24,000 nt of DNA. Origin: an uncultured Saprospiraceae bacterium (lineage in GTDB: Bacteria; Bacteroidota; Bacteroidia; Chitinophagales; Saprospiraceae). The position numbers and the translations under genes are program-made. Under the pieces are notes generated by a model, which saw nothing but the letters and a program-made list of their open reading frames with translations, had not been told where the DNA came from and did no database searches. Shown here piece by piece: positions 1 through 10,012 of this stretch. Position 1 is the stretch's first letter; the number at the start of each line of letters is the position of its first letter. The stretch is from assembly GCA_938003955.1 (NCBI GenBank), contig CALKXE010000021.1, forward strand, positions 11,895 through 35,894, read 5' to 3'.

Positions 1-2
1 TT

Positions 3-317
3 AAAGTAAAGGCGGTCAGACTTAAGGACCTTATTGCAAAAGAAGAATCTATAGACTTACTCAAAATGGATATTGAAGGAGCAGAGGTTGATGTCATTTT
101 GGACTGTAAGGACGTCTTGAATAAAATTGATCATATATTTATAGAGTATCATTCATATCATAATTCAGCGCAAAATATAGATAAGATTATATCCATATTA
201 CATGAAAATGGATTCAGATATTATCTAGAAAATGAAGCTTCTAGAAAGATCCCTTTTGTTAATCAAAAAGGCAAATATGAAATGGATATGCAGGTTAATA
301 TTTTTGGATATAAATAA
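3..317 (+). CDS. FkbM-family methyltransferase, C-terminal fragment (5' end lies outside the window)
   Basis: The frame is open from the window edge (KVKAVRLKDLIAKEESIDLLKMDIEGAEVDVI...). IDLLKMDIEGAE is the conserved FkbM/Methyltransf_21 block, so the listed ATG at 66 is internal. Confidence 0.7.
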   Translation, partial: KVKAVRLKDLIAKEESIDLLKMDIEGAEVDVILDCKDVLNKIDHIFIEYHSYHNSAQNIDKIISILHENGFRYYLENEASRKIPFVNQKGKYEMDMQVNIFGYK

Positions 318-340
318 AAAACAACTTAATCTTACACAGA

Positions 341-1624
341 GTGAAAATTGCCTTAATTAATACTTCAGATTTACAAGGAGGAGCTGCCATTGCATGCTAT
401 CGTCTTGCTGAAGCATTGGAAAAGAACGATGAAGTTAATGTAAAAATGGTGGTGAAAGAGAAGACATCACAAAGTAACTTTGTTGTAAATTCAAATCCAT
501 CAAGTCTAAAAGAGAACCTTGGTAAATTAAATTTCGCATTGGAGAAAGCTACTTTCTTAAGACAAGAAAGTAATAAATCTATGCGTTTTCTATTTTCTCA
601 TCCTAATTTTGGTCAAGATATAAGTACGATTCCTGAAATAAGAGATGCAGATATTCTCCATTTTCATTGGATAAATAAGGGATTTTTATCCTTTAGTTCT
701 TTAGAAAAGTTGGTTGCTCTTAACAAGCCCATAATATGGACACTGCATGACATGTGGCCCTTTACAGGAGGGTGCCATTATTCTGCGTCTTGTGAAAACT
801 ATCAACATACATGTGGAAATTGTTTTTTGCTAAAAAATCCCAAAATTAATGATCTCTCGAGTAAGATCTGGAATAAGAAAAAAGCGCTGTACTCCAAGGC
901 TGACTTGCATATAGTAACATGCAGTGCCTGGCTTAGAGATATCGCTTCTTCAAGCACCCTATTCAATAATTTGATGGTGACCAATATTCCAAATACAATA
1001 GACTTAAATCTATTCAAACCTAAAGCGAAAAAAACAATCATTGATCGGCTTGCACAGCAAACGAGCAAAACTAAATCAACAATTCTTTTTCAAGCTATGA
1101 ATATTAATGATAAGCGAAAAGGGTTGAAATACTTTATAGAGGCTTTACAAATAATTGAAAGTGAACATGTTGAATTTTCAAAATCAATAAAATTGGTCAT
1201 ATTTGGAAAAAATTCTAAAAGTCAAATTGATGATTTATCTTTTGATGTTGATTATTTGGGTGTTTTGAAATCTCAGCAAGAGATTATAAATGCCTATCAT
1301 CAATCTGATGTTTTTGTAATACCTTCATTAGAAGATAATTTGCCAAATACAATCATGGAATCTATGGCGTGTGGTGTACCTGTTGTTGGGTTTGAAACTG
1401 GAGGCATACCAGAAATGGTTAGTCACAAAAAAACTGGATTTATAGCTTCACAAAAAAACTCAAGACATTTAGCTGAAGGCATTATGTGGACACTTGAGAA
1501 TAAGGAAAGGGTAATTGAATTGTCCCAAAACTCTAGATCAAAGGCAACCGAAGAATATGCTCATGGAGTTGTAGCAAATCAATATATAGAAGTATACAAA
1601 TCAGTTTTGGATAAAAATAATTAA
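341..1624 (+). CDS. Glycosyltransferase, GT-B fold, family 4-like
   Basis: 427 aa with a GTG start. C-terminal signature VFVIPSLEDNLPNTIMESMACGVPVVGFETGGIPEMV is typical of GT4/GT1 retaining transferases. Lies in a polysaccharide gene context. Confidence 0.85.
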   Translation: MKIALINTSDLQGGAAIACYRLAEALEKNDEVNVKMVVKEKTSQSNFVVNSNPSSLKENLGKLNFALEKATFLRQESNKSMRFLFSHPNFGQDISTIPEIRDADILHFHWINKGFLSFSSLEKLVALNKPIIWTLHDMWPFTGGCHYSASCENYQHTCGNCFLLKNPKINDLSSKIWNKKKALYSKADLHIVTCSAWLRDIASSSTLFNNLMVTNIPNTIDLNLFKPKAKKTIIDRLAQQTSKTKSTILFQAMNINDKRKGLKYFIEALQIIESEHVEFSKSIKLVIFGKNSKSQIDDLSFDVDYLGVLKSQQEIINAYHQSDVFVIPSLEDNLPNTIMESMACGVPVVGFETGGIPEMVSHKKTGFIASQKNSRHLAEGIMWTLENKERVIELSQNSRSKATEEYAHGVVANQYIEVYKSVLDKNN

Positions 1625-1652
1625 TTATCTACACTAAGAAGATAGTTTCCAG

Positions 1653-3152
1653 ATGGGAGTAATTAAGAAAGAGGGTATTAAACAAAGTGTGATAATTTAT
1701 ATAGGTGTTTTCATAGGCACTATAAATACACTGTACATTTACCCCAAATTTTTTGATCCTGATCACTTGGGCCTCTTTCGGTTTTTGATGGATACTTCTA
1801 TATTATTATTCCCTTTCATTAGCCTTGGAGTACATAACTTATCAGTGAGGATGTTTCCTACATTCAAATCAGATAAAAACGGACACAATGGTTTGCTATT
1901 TTTATTAATGACCGGGGTTACATTCGGTTTTCTTTTATTCTTAGCTATCGTGTATTTTATGGAACCTCAGATAGTACTCTACCTGAAAGATGAATCATTA
2001 TTAATTCAACAATATTGGTATTTCATTATTCCACTAGCGGGTTTCACCATTTTTACTGCTATCGGCAGTCAATATCTTCTTAACTTCAAAAAAGTTGTTC
2101 TCCCGTCAATTTTTAATGATCTCTACCTCAAAATAGGGATGCCAATTATAGGAATACTAATCTATTACGACTACCTAAATATCCGAGAAGGTGTTTATAG
2201 TTTGGTAGCAATATATTTTCTAAAACTTTTTTCTTTCGCATTATATACAATTTGGATCAAGGAGTGGCACTGGAAGCCTAATTGGGAAATTTTAAAACCA
2301 CCCCTTTTAAAAGAAATGCGCATATATTCTTTATATGGAATTTTGGGAAGCATAGGAAGTGTAATTGCAACAAGAATTGATGTTATCATGGTAGCGTTAT
2401 TAGCAGATGACGATCTTAAGGATGTTGCAGTTTATACCATTGCCATGTTCGTTGCAAATATAATTACCGTACCTGCCAGTGCACTAACTAATATAGCATC
2501 TCCAGTAATAGCTGATGCGTGGAAGAGGAACGATGTTAAAAATATAAAAGAAATCTACTCTAAGTCATCCATTGTATTATTGACAATTGGATTATTCTTT
2601 TTTATAGGAATTTGGTGTTCCGTAGATGATCTATTTGCCTTAATGCCTAAGGGCGAAATTTATTCTCAAGGTAAATACGTGATACTAATTCTGGGGTTAG
2701 GCAAATTGTTTGATCTAGCCACAGGAGCAAATGATCAAATTATTTCCTATTCAAAATACTTCAGGTTCAATTTTTACGCTGTTTTAGTACTTGCGATTCT
2801 GAATGTTATTAATAATGTTATTTTTATTCCGATATATCAAATTAATGGCGCTGCTTTAGCAACAGCTAGTTCGGTTTTGATCTATAACCTTAGTAAGTCA
2901 GTTTACATTTATTATAAAATAGGAATTCAACCTTTTACTCTAAACACTTTAAAAGTCTTGATAATTGGTAGCTTAGTTTATTTATTAGCAATAAATATAG
3001 CATCTACAAATACTCCATTCTTAGACATTATTATTAGGTCTATTTTTATAGGAATAACCTTCTTAGGATCTATTATTTACTTCAAAATAAGCGATGATTT
3101 AACATCCCTATTTTGGCAAACACTTGATAAGGTAAAGGCATTTATTAAGTAG
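1653..3152 (+). CDS. Polysaccharide/oligosaccharide flippase (Wzx-like, MOP superfamily)
   Basis: 499 aa and hydrophobic throughout, with about 12-14 predicted TM segments. Adjacent to the glycosyltransferase and methyltransferase, with a 28-bp gap after the GT gene. Confidence 0.75.
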   Translation: MGVIKKEGIKQSVIIYIGVFIGTINTLYIYPKFFDPDHLGLFRFLMDTSILLFPFISLGVHNLSVRMFPTFKSDKNGHNGLLFLLMTGVTFGFLLFLAIVYFMEPQIVLYLKDESLLIQQYWYFIIPLAGFTIFTAIGSQYLLNFKKVVLPSIFNDLYLKIGMPIIGILIYYDYLNIREGVYSLVAIYFLKLFSFALYTIWIKEWHWKPNWEILKPPLLKEMRIYSLYGILGSIGSVIATRIDVIMVALLADDDLKDVAVYTIAMFVANIITVPASALTNIASPVIADAWKRNDVKNIKEIYSKSSIVLLTIGLFFFIGIWCSVDDLFALMPKGEIYSQGKYVILILGLGKLFDLATGANDQIISYSKYFRFNFYAVLVLAILNVINNVIFIPIYQINGAALATASSVLIYNLSKSVYIYYKIGIQPFTLNTLKVLIIGSLVYLLAINIASTNTPFLDIIIRSIFIGITFLGSIIYFKISDDLTSLFWQTLDKVKAFIK

Positions 3153-3239
3153 TCAAAAAACTCAAATAAACAATCAAAACATAAAATGAAATTGTGCCAG
3201 ATTCAATATCTTTTGAACTGTTTTCTTTCAATCGGGAGA

Positions 3240-4334
3240 TTACAAATCAATTAAAATCTTCACAATTCTATCGGCGGTTTTCCCATCCCAAAGGTCAGGT
3301 ATAGACCCTGTTTTCCAATCTCCTTTTACGAGTTTTTGTAAATATGGTACTATATTATTTGGATCCGTACCTACTATTTCATTCGTTCCCATTGTTACCG
3401 TTTCAGGTCGTTCAGTACTATTTCGTAAAGTCATGCATGGAACATTCATTACTGTAGTTTCTTCCGTTATTCCTCCAGAGTCTGTTATCACTCCTGCAGC
3501 ATTTTTAACTAGATAGTTAAATTGCAAATACGGCATCGGCCCTGCTATTACAAGTTTATCAAATTTAATATCTAGTTGATCGAACATTTTTTTCGTCCTA
3601 GGGTGCATAGGAAAAATTACTTTTCTGTCCCCAACATTGTCATTAATTAGACTAAGAAGTTCACGAAGGTTTTCATAACCATCTACATTAGATGGACGAT
3701 GTAGTGTCATCACTAAATAATTACCTTTCTTTAATTTTTCAGCATCCCATAAGCTAGGGGGAGACATCTTTTCCATATTGCCTAGAAGGCTATCTATCAT
3801 TGTATTTCCAACAAAGAATATCTTTTCTTCTTTGTGTCCTAGGTTCTTAAGATTTTCGTTGGCCAAAGTAGAAGTTGTAAAGAAATAATCAGAAATACTA
3901 TCTGTTACCATCCTATTTATTTCTTCAGGCATCATTTCGTCACCTGATCTAATTCCACCCTCTACATGTGCTACTTTAACCCATTCCTTTTTGGCAGTGA
4001 TAGCACATGCCATAGTAGAAGTAACATCTCCTACAACTATGCACAATTCTGGCTTTCTATCCCTGATCGCCTCTTCATAGCGTAACATAATATTGCCCGT
4101 CTGAGTTGCCTGAGTACCAGATCCTACCCCTAAGTTGATATCTGGTTTTGGAATATTCAATTGATCGAAAAAATCCTCACTCATTTTTTTATCATAATGC
4201 TGACCTGTATGTATCAGTCTATAATCTATTTCCTTATCAGGGTGTCCTTCATTCCATCTATGTATTGCATGAATAATTGGTCCAATTTTCATGAAATTTG
4301 GTCTTGCTCCAGCAATTATATCAATTTTTTGCAT
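3240..4334 (-). CDS. wecB: UDP-N-acetylglucosamine 2-epimerase (non-hydrolysing)
   Basis: 364 aa. N-terminus IIAGARPNFMKIGPI...HTGQHYD and the C-terminal DSGGITEETTVMNVPCMTLRNSTERPETV block are the classic Epimerase_2 signatures. Confidence 0.9.
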   Translation of the reverse strand: MQKIDIIAGARPNFMKIGPIIHAIHRWNEGHPDKEIDYRLIHTGQHYDKKMSEDFFDQLNIPKPDINLGVGSGTQATQTGNIMLRYEEAIRDRKPELCIVVGDVTSTMACAITAKKEWVKVAHVEGGIRSGDEMMPEEINRMVTDSISDYFFTTSTLANENLKNLGHKEEKIFFVGNTMIDSLLGNMEKMSPPSLWDAEKLKKGNYLVMTLHRPSNVDGYENLRELLSLINDNVGDRKVIFPMHPRTKKMFDQLDIKFDKLVIAGPMPYLQFNYLVKNAAGVITDSGGITEETTVMNVPCMTLRNSTERPETVTMGTNEIVGTDPNNIVPYLQKLVKGDWKTGSIPDLWDGKTADRIVKILIDL

Positions 4335-4513
4335 TTTATTTTTTTTGTGCTCTACTATTGTTTTTCGACCAATCTAAAAAAGGTGTTAATCCCTGAATTG
4401 GCTTCAAATATATAAAGATCTCTTCATAAAGTGTCAAACTCGTTGGAGATGTAATTTTCTACTTATTTGATTAGACTTAGTGAGAAGGTTAGTAAGTGAA
4501 GAATAAACCAATT

Positions 4514-5377
4514 CTAAAAAGACTTCACTTGATCTCTATCAAAAGTCCATTCAGGTGTAACAATCTTATCTCCTATTTCTGATATTAGATACCATGGACT
4601 ATGTTTTGGATTATTATGATTCTTTAATATGTGAATTTGCTGTGCCGGCATATAGCTTTGTGCTAACATCATCGCCTTATCCCCATTTTCAGAATTGAAA
4701 CACATATCAACTACAATAACAGCATGTCCAGGAGAACCGCCTTTGATAATCACGTCTCCAACTTTTACCTCTTCTAGTTTTTTTGATTTTAATTCTTTGG
4801 CCATTGACAAAGTCCCCGCATACATAAAAACTTGATCGAGATAGTTTCTAAAATCTTTATAGCTTTCTTTTCTTTCGCCACCACTTAGCCAACTTGTTTT
4901 ATTTCCATTCACTATTAATTTGTTGCCTTCTCTCCATTTCTGATATTCAAATTTCCACCCATTTGTAAAATTAAAAGCAATCTCTTCAGTTCTTTCATTT
5001 TCGAATAGATATTCCGCACGAAGCCTCATTGCCGCATCTGCGCATTGCTGAAGATCGCGATTTCCTACATCGATGTCTAAAATAGCCGCATGTCCATCTT
5101 GATTGTACTTCAATGATCCGTCATACAGATGGACTTCTTCTCCACTGGGCAATAATGGAAATTCTCTCAAGTAATGACCATAGGAATTCTTTTTTAGAGT
5201 AGATCTTACAAAACCTTGTGGCTCTAGAAACCGACTAGAAATACTAAACCCTTCGTGAGACTGTTTAACTATTTCGTCAATCGTAACCTCAGGTGTTATT
5301 GGTTTTCTATTATTTCTATCCTTGCAAGAAATAAGGAGAGCTATAAAGCAAACTATACTCGTATAAAAATATTTCAT
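4514..5377 (-). CDS. Lipoprotein of unknown function, DUF4846-like
   Basis: Signal peptide with lipobox (FIALLISC). The RDLQQCADAAMRLRAEY and GGSPGHAVIVVD blocks resemble my memory of DUF4846. Family name is from recall only. Confidence 0.5.
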   Translation of the reverse strand: MKYFYTSIVCFIALLISCKDRNNRKPITPEVTIDEIVKQSHEGFSISSRFLEPQGFVRSTLKKNSYGHYLREFPLLPSGEEVHLYDGSLKYNQDGHAAILDIDVGNRDLQQCADAAMRLRAEYLFENERTEEIAFNFTNGWKFEYQKWREGNKLIVNGNKTSWLSGGERKESYKDFRNYLDQVFMYAGTLSMAKELKSKKLEEVKVGDVIIKGGSPGHAVIVVDMCFNSENGDKAMMLAQSYMPAQQIHILKNHNNPKHSPWYLISEIGDKIVTPEWTFDRDQVKSF

Positions 5378-5439
5378 TTCTTAACTTTGATATATTAACG
5401 CAAGCTATACAAAGCAATTGCACAAACCAATATCAATCA

Positions 5440-5994
5440 ATGATCACATATGCTAAAGCAAAATCAATATCTGATCTAAATCAAATATTGGCCCTCCAAA
5501 AAGCTAATTTGAAACTGAATCTTCAGTTAGAAGAATACAAAGAAGAAGGTTTTGTTACACTCGAACATGATATTGACTTATTACAAGAACTTAATACACC
5601 TTATGCTCACGTTATTGCATTAGATGAATCAAATATCGTGGGTTATGCACTAGTGACCATTCCTGAAAAAATACCACTTATCCCTCTTTTGCAATCAACA
5701 ATAGAAGAATTAAACGGTGTAGAATTCCATCAACAAAAAGTCTTGGGCCTAAAGTATTTTATAATGGGTCAGGTTTGTATAGACAAATCATACAGAGGCC
5801 AAGGAATATTTCAAGGCCTATTTAGAAAAATGAAAGATGAGATGAAATCAGATTTTGAAATCATCCTCACAGAAATTGCCATAGATAACAAAAGATCAAT
5901 GCGAGCTCACGAAAAGGTAGGATTTGAAACCCTAAAGATTCATTGCGAAAATGGAGTAAAGTGGGCTATCGTAGGCTTAAGTCTAAAAAAATGA
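5440..5994 (+). CDS. GNAT-family N-acetyltransferase
   Basis: 184 aa. Acetyl-CoA motif A, QVCIDKSYRGQGIFQGLF (R/Q-x-x-G-x-G/A), followed by AHEKVGFE. Confidence 0.75.
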   Translation: MITYAKAKSISDLNQILALQKANLKLNLQLEEYKEEGFVTLEHDIDLLQELNTPYAHVIALDESNIVGYALVTIPEKIPLIPLLQSTIEELNGVEFHQQKVLGLKYFIMGQVCIDKSYRGQGIFQGLFRKMKDEMKSDFEIILTEIAIDNKRSMRAHEKVGFETLKIHCENGVKWAIVGLSLKK

Positions 5995-6023
5995 CTTATT
6001 AGTAATACCAAGCAAGCCTAACT

Positions 6024-7421
6024 TTATAGTTCTAAAATGAAGTCTCTTATCATATCCAATACAGTGGTATCAAAGGTGGTTTCGATCGTAACATACTCAG
6101 AAACATCACACTTCTCACATGGTTGAAAAAGGTGATTTAGTCCATCTATAATTTTTATCTGAGCTCTATTGTTTCCAGATATAGCAAGGTTCGACATTAT
6201 CGCGTTTGTATTTGACTTTGCCTCTACTTGGATATCTTCCGATCCATTGAGTGCTAGAACGGGACATTTTGTCTTCTGCCAAGATTCTGCAGGGTCACTC
6301 GCTAAAAAGTGTCTAAACCAAGGAGTAAAAACTGATTGTGCAAGTGACATATAATAGGAATCTTTTGTGGGTGCTAACAATTTTTGGTCAGCTGATGATA
6401 ATTGATCATAAAATCCATGAACCGCTTTAATCAAGGGGTCAAACAATTGTTGAGGTTCTTCATCTTGATTGACAATACTATAAATAAGCGGCAGATTCTC
6501 TCTTGTTGTTTCTAAGCCTCCAAGAGACATTCCACTTTTCTCTAAGACCATAACATTTTGATTGGTCATAAGCTCACTAATTGGCACACCTGGTCCGGCT
6601 AAAGAGACAATATAACCCAAATCTAAATTTTGTGCAGCTACCAATGGCGCAATCATCCCTCCTTCACTATGACCTATGATACCTATTTTACTTTTGTCTA
6701 TTTTATCAAGGGTCTTTGCATACTGAAAAACTGAATTTGCATCAGTAGCAAAATCTGCTGTAGTCGATTTTCCATGATTACCTGTTGACAACTCAACCCC
6801 TCTATCATCATACCTTAGTACAGCAATTCCTTCACGCGTAAGAAAATCAGAAATCACTAAAAATGATTTATGCCCTAATATCTCACTGTTTCTATCTTGT
6901 TTTCCTGATCCAGAAACTAATATTGCCAGTGGGTATGGTCCGTCTCCTTTTGGGGTAGTCAATGTGCCTGCCAAGGTAACACCAGCCTCCACATTTTCGA
7001 CTGACACTTCTTCCACATCATACGGATATGGCTCTTCTGGCATTTGTGGTCTATTGAATTCTGATTTTGATTCTGTTCGTTTCAAATTTAATGCAGTAAT
7101 TCGACCTTGATTCCATTCGCCGATAAACTCTTCAGATTCATTATTATATACAGCATTATATTTAGCTCGGAATGATGGATATGTGATCGTTAGTGAATCT
7201 CCTTTTATAATTAATGTAGCCGATTCTATATTTTCTAGTTTTTGAATCGGCACGCTCATTAGTGCTTTCTTCTCTGATTCATTAATCTCAAAATCTAATT
7301 GCATTTCTATACCACCAACGGAAATTGCCCCTGTCCATAAACCATCAAATTTATTTTGAGCTATCGACAAAGTGGAAATAATCATCAATAAAAAGAAAGC
7401 TGATAGTCTAAAGACATTCAT
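6024..7421 (-). CDS. Secreted alpha/beta-fold hydrolase (serine esterase/peptidase-like)
   Basis: 465 aa with an N-terminal signal peptide. Nucleophile elbow IIGHSEGG (GxSxG), plus late acidic and His candidates (GSEDIQV, LNHLF). Confidence 0.75.
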   Translation of the reverse strand: MNVFRLSAFFLLMIISTLSIAQNKFDGLWTGAISVGGIEMQLDFEINESEKKALMSVPIQKLENIESATLIIKGDSLTITYPSFRAKYNAVYNNESEEFIGEWNQGRITALNLKRTESKSEFNRPQMPEEPYPYDVEEVSVENVEAGVTLAGTLTTPKGDGPYPLAILVSGSGKQDRNSEILGHKSFLVISDFLTREGIAVLRYDDRGVELSTGNHGKSTTADFATDANSVFQYAKTLDKIDKSKIGIIGHSEGGMIAPLVAAQNLDLGYIVSLAGPGVPISELMTNQNVMVLEKSGMSLGGLETTRENLPLIYSIVNQDEEPQQLFDPLIKAVHGFYDQLSSADQKLLAPTKDSYYMSLAQSVFTPWFRHFLASDPAESWQKTKCPVLALNGSEDIQVEAKSNTNAIMSNLAISGNNRAQIKIIDGLNHLFQPCEKCDVSEYVTIETTFDTTVLDMIRDFILEL

Positions 7422-7568
7422 ATTTGAGTATTTTGAAATTAATTTTGATCTAATTGCAACGTTTTTCTATCCCGAAAGATAATATAAGCACTACCATATA
7501 GTGTACTATTTTATCAATAACTAATTACAGAAAATGATTCCAAGTAGAATCTTAAAGAAATTGAAAAA

Positions 7569-9356
7569 ATGAAAAAAATAATATTTCTCTTTATTGCATT
7601 GATAATAACTATTACCAGTTGCAGAGAAGATATACTTATAGAGGATACAATCACCATACCATTTGGGGAAGATGTAACAACTAATTTACATGGGAGAATT
7701 GTAGATGAAAATGGTCGTTCAATAACAGAAACTGAAATTATAGTTCAGGATCGAACTGCATTTACGAATGGTGATGGTTATTTCTATATGCTTAATATAT
7801 CAGTCCCAAGTGATGGATTTACGATCAATGTGCGCAGTCAAAATAATGACAAATTAATTAAAAGGGTAACTCCTCAAGCAGGAACCAATACATACGAAGA
7901 GATAGTTTTAACAAATGCACCAGAATCTGATGCTTTCTCTACAACCAACGAATCTATCGTATCGAATGGTCAAACATCTGTAACAATACCACCCAATAGC
8001 CTCATTGACATTGAAGGTATTCCATATCAAGGGGGCTACATATCTAAACTCATACACTATTCTCCGTCAGATAAGAATATACTGAGAACCATGCCTGGCA
8101 ATTTACAGGGTATAGATAAAAACGGAAATAAAGTAACTCTAGGCACATACGGAATGATTGATATTCAAGTAACCGATCCCAATGGTGAGCCTCTAAGGCT
8201 TGCACCTAATAGTAGAGCGTTGGTAAGAATGGATACCCCAAGTCTCATTTTAGAAAATTTGTCTGGTATTCCAACCTGGAAATTGGATAAAACATCAGGT
8301 TTGTGGTTAGAAGAAGGGGAAACAGACGAACTCATCTTTATTGAAGATATTGCTTTTACTTTTTTCTATATTGATGAATTTACAGTGTGGAACTGTGACA
8401 TCAAAGAACTAAATACGAATCTAAGTGGGACCATTATAGATCAATTTGGAGTGCCTTTAGAAAATCGATTGATACAATTTACTTTTAGATCTGACGGTCA
8501 AGATTTCTTTTGCTCAGGAGGAAATACAAATAGTCGCGGAGAATTCAATACACAAGTACCAAAAGATTTATCGATAACCCTGAATGTTTACGACAAAAAT
8601 TGTGATGCCGTTATTTATACTGAGGACATCGGATTATTTACAGAAGAAGATAATATCGTAAAAATTGAAACTGAATTTTCAATAGATTCATATACAATAA
8701 CAGGTTTAGTTGCTGATTGCAGTGGTGACATCGTGTTCAACAATGCTACTGTATTCTTGTATGATCAGAGTGGTAATGTCAGAGTAAGTACTCAGACGAA
8801 AGAAGATGGATCATTTGCTATTCATAATACATGTTATGATACTAATTTTGAGGAAGGATATGGAATAGGAGTTTTGGATCTAGAAACGGGTAATTACATT
8901 TTCAAAGATTCCCTAATATTTAGCGAAATAGACATTGACTTAGGAAATATAATTCCATGTGAAGAGGTAGACGAATTTGTCAATATTATTTCAGGATTTG
9001 GAGATCTATCTTTTGATGAATCAAGTACTTTTTTAGGGCCAGATTCCTTAATTATTAATGCTGGGCCTACTGCTTTAGGATTTCAATTTTCTCTAGTTGC
9101 AAACATAAGCGAACAGGGAATTAACCCAGTAGACTTTATTCGAATAGAATATAGTGCTGATCAAATACTAACTTGTACTTCATTATACCAGCATACAATA
9201 TGTAGCGACGCAGTTACACTTACGATTACTGAGTTTGATCAAGGGAATCAAATCATTTCTGGAAACATTGAAGGAGCACTATATTATGGAGATATAACAG
9301 AAGTTGACTCAATATTATTAAGTGATGTATCAATAATTTTCAGAGTAAAATATTAA
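7569..9356 (+). CDS. Large lipoprotein with repeated carboxypeptidase-regulatory-like (Ig-like beta-sandwich) segments
   Basis: Lipobox ITITSC. Three segments fit the G-x-[IV]-x-D-x-x-G...dG-x-F pattern: GRIVDENGRSI...NGDGYFYM, GTIIDQFGVPL...SRGEFN and GLVADCSGDIV...EDGSFAI. No catalytic motif seen. Confidence 0.5.
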   Translation: MKKIIFLFIALIITITSCREDILIEDTITIPFGEDVTTNLHGRIVDENGRSITETEIIVQDRTAFTNGDGYFYMLNISVPSDGFTINVRSQNNDKLIKRVTPQAGTNTYEEIVLTNAPESDAFSTTNESIVSNGQTSVTIPPNSLIDIEGIPYQGGYISKLIHYSPSDKNILRTMPGNLQGIDKNGNKVTLGTYGMIDIQVTDPNGEPLRLAPNSRALVRMDTPSLILENLSGIPTWKLDKTSGLWLEEGETDELIFIEDIAFTFFYIDEFTVWNCDIKELNTNLSGTIIDQFGVPLENRLIQFTFRSDGQDFFCSGGNTNSRGEFNTQVPKDLSITLNVYDKNCDAVIYTEDIGLFTEEDNIVKIETEFSIDSYTITGLVADCSGDIVFNNATVFLYDQSGNVRVSTQTKEDGSFAIHNTCYDTNFEEGYGIGVLDLETGNYIFKDSLIFSEIDIDLGNIIPCEEVDEFVNIISGFGDLSFDESSTFLGPDSLIINAGPTALGFQFSLVANISEQGINPVDFIRIEYSADQILTCTSLYQHTICSDAVTLTITEFDQGNQIISGNIEGALYYGDITEVDSILLSDVSIIFRVKY

Positions 9357-9463
9357 CAAAATATCACGGACTTTATCTTCTTATTAGCCACCATAAAGAA
9401 GAAAAACTCTTAAATATAGAACATAACTAAGACAACCAAATTGTAAACGAGCCACCTAAAAAA

Positions 9464-10012
9464 TTGAATAAAGAACAACAAATAAAAGCGATCAAAGGCT
9501 GTGCCAGAGGAGACTCGGCAGCTCAGCGGATGGTGTTTATAGAGTTCTCAGAGATGCTATTAAGTACTTGCAAACGGTATATGGGTAATGAAGCAGAAGC
9601 TAAAGATGTACTTCAGGATAGTTTTATGAGAATATTCAAATATGCACACACGTTCGACCACGTTGGAGGGAATCTCAAAGGGTGGATGAAGACAATCTGT
9701 ATTAGAGAAGCATTGAAGCAAATCAAAAAGAAAAAAAGAACTGCTTCAATGGACGAACTAGAGTATATACCGACGGTAGATCCTGTAGCTGTCCAAAATC
9801 TAGATACAGAGGAGTTGCATAATTTAATAAGTGAACTCCCCGAAAAGCAAAGAACTGTTTTCAATCTATATGTAGTAGAAGGTTATTCTCATAAAGAAAT
9901 AGCCAATCTGCTCCAAGTGGAAGAAGCGTCATCACGATCGATTCTATCAAGAACAAAAGTAATGTTGAAAAAGAAATTATTGAATATAAAAAGTAAGGAG
10001 TCATGGGTGTAG
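9464..10012 (+). CDS. ECF-type RNA polymerase sigma-70 family factor (module 1)
   Basis: 182 aa with a TTG start. Region 2 (DVLQDSFMRIFKYAHTF...KGWMKTICIREAL) and region 4 HTH (QRTVFNLYVVEGYSHKEIANLLQVEEASSRSILSRTK). Confidence 0.85.
   Translation: MNKEQQIKAIKGCARGDSAAQRMVFIEFSEMLLSTCKRYMGNEAEAKDVLQDSFMRIFKYAHTFDHVGGNLKGWMKTICIREALKQIKKKKRTASMDELEYIPTVDPVAVQNLDTEELHNLISELPEKQRTVFNLYVVEGYSHKEIANLLQVEEASSRSILSRTKVMLKKKLLNIKSKESWV

Noticed and set aside
1-4334. Polysaccharide cluster as a novel system
   Set aside because: FkbM methyltransferase, GT4 transferase, Wzx flippase and WecB make an ordinary O-antigen/capsule-type gene set. Nothing unusual is visible beyond strain-variable content.
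9376-9402. Hairpin TCTTCTT...AAGAAGA after the 595-aa lipoprotein gene as a terminator
   Set aside because: The 7-bp stem is entirely A/T-rich with a 13-nt loop and no T-tract. It is too weak to call.
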